From: Phycisphaerae bacterium
Lineage (GTDB): Bacteria > Planctomycetota > Phycisphaerae > UBA1845 > Fen-1342
Direction of reading: 5' to 3'
DNA length: 64,000 nt
Assembly (NCBI GenBank): GCA_963675745.2
Contig: CAXXWX010000026.1
Span: forward strand, 608,001 to 672,000
Position numbers and translations under genes: made by a program. The notes beneath the pieces are model-generated. The model saw nothing but the letters and a program-made list of their open reading frames with translations, made no database searches and was not told the origin of the DNA. Shown piece after piece: positions 59,441 through 64,000 of this stretch; the stretch's first letter is position 1; each line of letters starts with the position of its first letter.

Positions 59441-59507
59441 TCGGGCGACTGAGTTTGAGCCTGCAACCTCTGTGTCCAGAATCTCGCGCACGTTGCGTCA
59501 CACCGCG
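59441..59507 (-). pseudogene. Degenerate tRNA-Pro-like pseudogene
   Basis: Minus strand CGCGGTGTGACGCAACGTGCGCGAGATTCTGGACACAGAGGTTGCAGGCTCAAACTCAGTCGCCCGA resembles the tRNA-Pro consensus, but the stems no longer pair. Confidence 0.55.
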
Positions 59508-59694
59508 ATGCTGACCGCGCCAGTCGCGGCTTTGTGCTGCAAGCCAACCGACCATTCCGCCGCACAACGCTCAGTTTTGCGCCTCGCCGCCAAGCCCGTC
59601 CTGGAGTGCATGTTCAAACCGGCCTGGCGCGCAAGCCGCCGCGGCGCGCACGACTCAGCAGAGGCGCCAGATGCTGCAAAAAGCCATATCCACC

Positions 59695-59813
59695 CTGAAA
59701 GGCCTCAGAAAATCTTCCTGACACCTTTTCCTGACACTGAAAGGCCTCAGAAAATCTTCCTGACACCTTTTCCTGACACCTTTTCCTTTTCTGTGTTGAC
59801 ACCTTTTCTGTGT
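59695..59813. repeat. Nested tandem duplications (42-bp, 13-bp, 17-bp) built on TGACACCTTTT; left boundary of the cassette
   Basis: ctgaaaggcctcagaaaatcttcctgacaccttttcctgaca x2; four full TGACACCTTTT copies. Confidence 0.85.
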
Positions 59814-59920
59814 CCCGACCGAGCAGTGGTTTGGCCAGTGCCACCCTCCCCCCTTTGTCTCGTGCTCCTCACAACGAGCCCGCAGCCGTCTATTTACTGA
59901 CAGCTCTGCAGCAACCCACT

Positions 59921-60598
59921 TTACGGCCAAAAGTCACTGCCGTGGTCCGCACGAAAGCTGCTCGCTGCCTCGCCAAAACTGGTGCGTCTACTGCCGAGCC
60001 TGTTGAAGTGTGAATTCGCAGTATCAAACACGCTGAGTAGTTCCGCGCAGGTGTCGCCGGCAAGTTGGACGGCACCGCTCTTGATGACTTGATACCTATC
60101 ATCAAGTAGGTGGAGGTTAAAGGCCCGCTGTTCTCCCACAGCAAGGGCGAACTCCTGAAGATCGCCATCGGAAAAATCGGCAATCGAGCACAGTGTTTCG
60201 TCCTGCTCGCCTGAAACGGGAATTCCCATCACAAAGTACAAGATCGGGTACTGTGGATATGAAAAGCACTTGAATTTGAAATGAACCTCGTGGTGGGATC
60301 TGATATAGTCCTTTTCGCCATCTGATACATTCCCCAACGCGCCGGCCACGTATGCTCCGTGTTTGTCTGCCCAAAAACTGGCGACGGAGAGGCCGAATGA
60401 TCGCACCTGGTCTTGGACGTTGAAGTACACAATGTGATCACCAGGTATTGTCTTATTTAGCGCGTCTAGCGACTTAACACCTCGCCCGGTTACTGCCTTT
60501 TGCCAGATGAGTGGAACTGTGCTTCGATGCCACCTGGCGCCCCGGGATACTATCGGGATGGCGATTTCAGCTTTGAGCCAGTATTCCGTTGACGGCAT
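59921..60598 (-). CDS. Hypothetical protein, visibly lower GC than the flanks (probably horizontally acquired)
   Basis: 225-aa ORF with strong SD GAAGGAGG; many AT-ending codons. Confidence 0.75.
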   Translation of the reverse strand: MPSTEYWLKAEIAIPIVSRGARWHRSTVPLIWQKAVTGRGVKSLDALNKTIPGDHIVYFNVQDQVRSFGLSVASFWADKHGAYVAGALGNVSDGEKDYIRSHHEVHFKFKCFSYPQYPILYFVMGIPVSGEQDETLCSIADFSDGDLQEFALAVGEQRAFNLHLLDDRYQVIKSGAVQLAGDTCAELLSVFDTANSHFNRLGSRRTSFGEAASSFRADHGSDFWP

Positions 60599-60631
60599 GT
60601 CACAAACCTCCTTCTCTCAACGTGGTACGAA

Positions 60632-60659
60632 ACACAGAAAAGCTGTCAGGAAGATTTTT
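60632..60659. repeat. Right inverted site of the cassette
   Basis: acacagaaaagctgtcaggaagattttt; reverse complement matches 59709-59730 at 21/22. Confidence 0.8.
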
Positions 60660-60706
60660 GTGCATGCTCCATCGCCGAAGCACGGCTCACGCAGCCGTGG
60701 CACACT

Positions 60707-60762
60707 GCACACTCCGCGCCGCCGCACGGGCGCACCACCGCACACTCCGCGCCGCCGCACGG
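60707..60762. repeat. 23-bp direct repeat with 33-bp period
   Basis: gcacactccgcgccgccgcacgg at 60707 and 60740. Confidence 0.7.
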
Positions 60763-60994
60763 CTATTGTAACCAGACGCCGGGTCATGCACGATGGTGGC
60801 ATGGCGGCGGCTGGCCGCGGAGGTAGGCCTGGGCGGTGTGTGTTTTGGGCAGACCGGGAATCGTGGTTTTCGGGTGTGGACAGCGTCGCTGGAGCTGGGG
60901 TGGGTCATGGTCCGCGCGGAATCAGGCGATTTGCCGCACTGCCCGGCGTCGGGCAGGTTCGCTAATCCGTGCGATCGGCAGGATTTACAACAAG

Positions 60995-61067
<73 letters not shown>

Positions 61068-61315
61068 TTTGACTGCTCTATTATAGATTCGCACAGCCCG
61101 CACGCAACCGCGATGCTCCAGGGCATTCTGCGGCAGAGCGCTGCGTCCAACCCCCGGCTCGGATGTGTTTGGCGGGAGAAACCGCTCAGAGCGACGGCCT
61201 ACTCTGGGGCGACCGCCACATGCAGGCTGCGCACAAATGCGGTGCTCTCGCCCAGAAGCGCGGCGTTAAGCGGAACGCCGGCCGTGGCGCCCGCCGCGGA
61301 TAGCACAAGTTTGCG

Positions 61316-61723
61316 CTACGCGTCGTCTATACGGCGTGCCAGCTCGGCCAGCGTTTCCGGCGGCACGGACTGTGGTTTCCAGCGATAGCCGAGGCCGTCA
61401 CCAGCCCGCCGCGGGATGATGTGGAAGTGTACGTGCTTGACTTCCTGGCCCGCCACGGGTCCGTTGTTCTGCAAGACGTTGTATCCCTCGGCCCCCGTGA
61501 CCGCCATGATCCGCCGGGCGATCTCGCCGAGACAACGTGCGATCTCGGCGGCCTGCTCGGGGGGCAGGTCCTCAAGGCGTTCGGCGGCGCGCTTGGGGAT
61601 CACGAGCGTGTGTCCCTCGGCCAGCGGATTCACGTCCAGAAACGCCAGCACGGACTCGTTCTCAAAGACGCGCTGACAGGGAATCTCGCCGGCAACAATC
61701 CTGCTGAAGATCGTCTCGGGCAT
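61316..61723 (-). CDS. HIT family hydrolase
   Basis: IFSRIVAGEIP, GHTLVIPK, AGQEVKHVHFHIIPR. Confidence 0.92.
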   Translation of the reverse strand: MPETIFSRIVAGEIPCQRVFENESVLAFLDVNPLAEGHTLVIPKRAAERLEDLPPEQAAEIARCLGEIARRIMAVTGAEGYNVLQNNGPVAGQEVKHVHFHIIPRRAGDGLGYRWKPQSVPPETLAELARRIDDA

Positions 61724-61798
61724 GGCGATCGCCTTCCTTCCGCCGGCCGTTGCCCGCCGGATGCCTGGCAATGCCGCAAGCGGGCGTCGCGATCGGGC

Positions 61799-62488
61799 CT
61801 AATCTTCGGTGGCGGTCTGCGTTTCGGTTTGTTTCGTGCGTCGCGCCTTACGCCGCTGCGTGGACTTTCCGGCATAGGCGGTGTACTTGACCTTGGCGCG
61901 CCGTTTGCGCTCGGTTTTGGCGGTGTTCTGCGGGCGGGCCTTGTCGGACTCACCAACCAATTGCAGGATGGCGAGCTGTCCACCGTCACCCAAGCGCCGT
62001 TCGGCCAGCTTGATGACTCGCGTGTAACCGCCGCTGCCGCGCTGTTCCGTGCGCCGCATCATCTTCGGGCCGATGTCGGTGAAAAGCCGGTTGATCACGG
62101 ACTCGGAGGTGAATTTTACGCCGGGCTTCGTGGTGCTGGCGCGGTACCGGCGGCCGGAGCGCGAACGAAGCACTTTTTCGCGCTTGGCGTCGCTGAGCTT
62201 GTCGTATTCTTCGCGCTGCTCGGCGGGGATTATCTGCCGGTCATTCAGGGCGGCGGTGGCGCGCTGCCGCAAAGCCAGGCATCGCAGCCGATCACCGTCC
62301 CGCAACGCCTTGGCTCCGTCGACGGCCATCTGAACGAGCCGTTCGGCCATGCGGCGGATTTCCTTGGCTTTGACGACGGTTGTCCGGATCTCGCCGTGCT
62401 CGATCAGGCTCTGGCACATATTGCGTCGCAACGCCAGTCGATGTGACGTCGAGCGACTGAGTCTTCTACCAAACACCGCGTGTCGCAT
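61799..62488 (-). CDS. rplQ: 50S ribosomal protein bL17 with internal insertions and C-terminal extension
   Basis: MRH...RRLSR...HRLAL, I.TT..KAKE, GGYTRVIKL..RLGD; follows rpoA. Confidence 0.92.
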   Translation of the reverse strand: MRHAVFGRRLSRSTSHRLALRRNMCQSLIEHGEIRTTVVKAKEIRRMAERLVQMAVDGAKALRDGDRLRCLALRQRATAALNDRQIIPAEQREEYDKLSDAKREKVLRSRSGRRYRASTTKPGVKFTSESVINRLFTDIGPKMMRRTEQRGSGGYTRVIKLAERRLGDGGQLAILQLVGESDKARPQNTAKTERKRRAKVKYTAYAGKSTQRRKARRTKQTETQTATED

Positions 62489-62501
62489 AATTCACCTCAG
62501 G

Positions 62502-63572
62502 TCAGTTTACTTCGCCGCCGGAATCGTTGGCCGGTCCAGTGGGCATGAGCGGCTGGCCGCCGTCGTCATCGCCCTCGTCATCCCCGCCTTCCAGCGGATC
62601 ACCGGAGAGCCCCAGCCCCAATCCGGCGAGTTTGCGCTTGACTTCGATCAGCGAGGTGCGTCCGAAACTGCGCAGTTGCATGAGCTCGGACTCGCTCATA
62701 CTGACCAGGTCACCTACGGTGCCGATCTGCGCGGTTTCCAGGCAATTGCTGGCACGCACGGACAGGTCCAGATTGGCGACCGACATGTCGAGTTTCCGCC
62801 GCAATTCGTCGTCAACTTCCGATGTGACCGCCTCGACCTCGCTCTCCGCAGCCGCGGTGGCGGCACCGAGCTCGTGATACATCACGAACGGATTCAAGTG
62901 CTTGCGAAGTATCTTGGCGGCCTCGGTCAAGGCGTCCTCGGGCTTTACAGTGCCCTTGGTCCACACCTCAATGATCAGCCGATCGTAATTGACGCTCTGC
63001 CCGACGCGCGTGTCCTCGGTGCGATAGCGCACCCGCGTAACAGGCGAATAAAGCGAGTCAATTGCGATGATGCCGGCTTCAGCGTTCTCGTCGACGTTTT
63101 CAGCGGCGGGCACATATCCACGTCCGCGTTTGGCTGAGAGTTCCAATGAGAACGTCACGTCGTCAGTCAGCGTGGCGATCAGGTGATTCTCGTCGAGCAC
63201 GCTCACGCCCGTGTCGCAAGCCAGATCGCCGGCCCGCACCTCGCCGCGCTCGCGCCGTTCGACGCGCATTTTCCTGGGCGTGTAGTCCTCCACATCCACG
63301 ACCATCGACTTGATGTTCAGGATGATGTCGGTCACGTCTTCGATCACGCCATCGAGGGAACAGAACTCGTGATCAGCCCCAGCGATGCGCACGTGAGTGA
63401 TCGCGGAGCCCTCGAGGCTCGATAACAGAATGCGCCGCAGGCTGTTTCCGACCGTTGTCCCAAAGCCGCGCTCAAAGGGCTCGATTATGAAACGGCCGTA
63501 CTTGTCCGTGCTCGTATTCTGATCCAGGATGACACGGGTCGGCAGTTCCAGACCACGCCATTGAATCCGCAT
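62502..63572 (-). CDS. rpoA: RNA polymerase subunit alpha
   Basis: EPFERGFGTTVGNSLRRILLSSLEG; LSVRASNCL; FGRTSL. Confidence 0.97.
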   Translation of the reverse strand: MRIQWRGLELPTRVILDQNTSTDKYGRFIIEPFERGFGTTVGNSLRRILLSSLEGSAITHVRIAGADHEFCSLDGVIEDVTDIILNIKSMVVDVEDYTPRKMRVERRERGEVRAGDLACDTGVSVLDENHLIATLTDDVTFSLELSAKRGRGYVPAAENVDENAEAGIIAIDSLYSPVTRVRYRTEDTRVGQSVNYDRLIIEVWTKGTVKPEDALTEAAKILRKHLNPFVMYHELGAATAAAESEVEAVTSEVDDELRRKLDMSVANLDLSVRASNCLETAQIGTVGDLVSMSESELMQLRSFGRTSLIEVKRKLAGLGLGLSGDPLEGGDDEGDDDGGQPLMPTGPANDSGGEVN

Positions 63573-63630
63573 TTCGTGTTCGCCTCCCGCGATTACACGC
63601 CCGTTCAGCCACTCGCGCTACGCCGCGCGC

Positions 63631-64000
63631 CTATCGTGAGCAAAACTCGACGATGAGCTGCTCTTCGATCGGAATGATCACGTCTTCCCGCGTTGGCAAC
63701 GCCGCGACCTGAGCCTCGAGTTTCTCCTCATCCACTTGCAGCCAGTCCTGCCGGGGCGGGATGGCCACACCCTCGAGCAGCGTCATCTGCGCCCGAGCGT
63801 GTTTCTGCGATTTCTCGCGTTTGTGGATTGAGATTTTGTCACCGGCAGAAATCAGGTAACCCGGTCGATCCACCTTGCGTCCATTGACACAGATGTGCCC
63901 GTGTACGACAGCCTGGCGCGCGCCCCGCCGACCGGCGATCCACCGCGTCTTGTAAACAACATTGTCCAGCCGCCGCTCCAGGATTTGCAGCAGCGCCAAA
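63631..64000 (-). CDS. rpsD: 30S ribosomal protein uS4 (5' part outside window)
   Basis: LERRLDNVVY, ARQAVVHGH..VNG.KVD.P, EQLIVEFCSR. Confidence 0.95.
   Translation of the reverse strand, partial: LALLQILERRLDNVVYKTRWIAGRRGARQAVVHGHICVNGRKVDRPGYLISAGDKISIHKREKSQKHARAQMTLLEGVAIPPRQDWLQVDEEKLEAQVAALPTREDVIIPIEEQLIVEFCSR

Noticed and set aside
59695..59813. CRISPR array
   Set aside because: Repeats are directly tandem with no unique spacers, and there are no cas genes.

Overview
GC-rich bacterial chromosomal window, most likely Planctomycetota, class Phycisphaerae. This is inferred from the dockerin-like C-termini, Cys-rich DCNxNGxPDxC repeats, CxxCGYNLRGL Zn-ribbon protein, Cys-less FmdB and planctomycete-type kinase. 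Left half: an apparently intact class C group II intron inserted just behind the terminator of tRNA-Asn; a pilT / catalytically degenerate PilB-like ATPase / CvpA-like triad; five predicted secreted proteins with dockerin-like C-termini; an ECF sigma / anti-sigma operon; pilB; a Ser/Thr kinase; a TolC-family lipoprotein; and a divergent pilM(N)-O-P-pilin operon. Right half: mostly housekeeping genes (rsmD, yhaM-like, murJ, asnB, mutM, C69 peptidase, HIT, tRNA-Ala, rplQ, rpoA, partial rpsD). Most notable observations: (i) a ~1 kb single-gene, lower-GC cassette bounded by inverted AAAATCTTCCTGACAsCTTTTC sites, lying between tRNA-Ala and a decayed tRNA-Pro, with no recombinase in the window; (ii) an inverted heptamer-repeat element inserted in frame in the kinase catalytic domain and also present intergenically; (iii) the shared dockerin-like tag on diverse secreted proteins interspersed with an atypical T4P/T2SS gene set. 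About 7 frameshifts cluster at 12.5-21.9 kb and are probably sequencing errors. All calls are by eye; no database searches were run.
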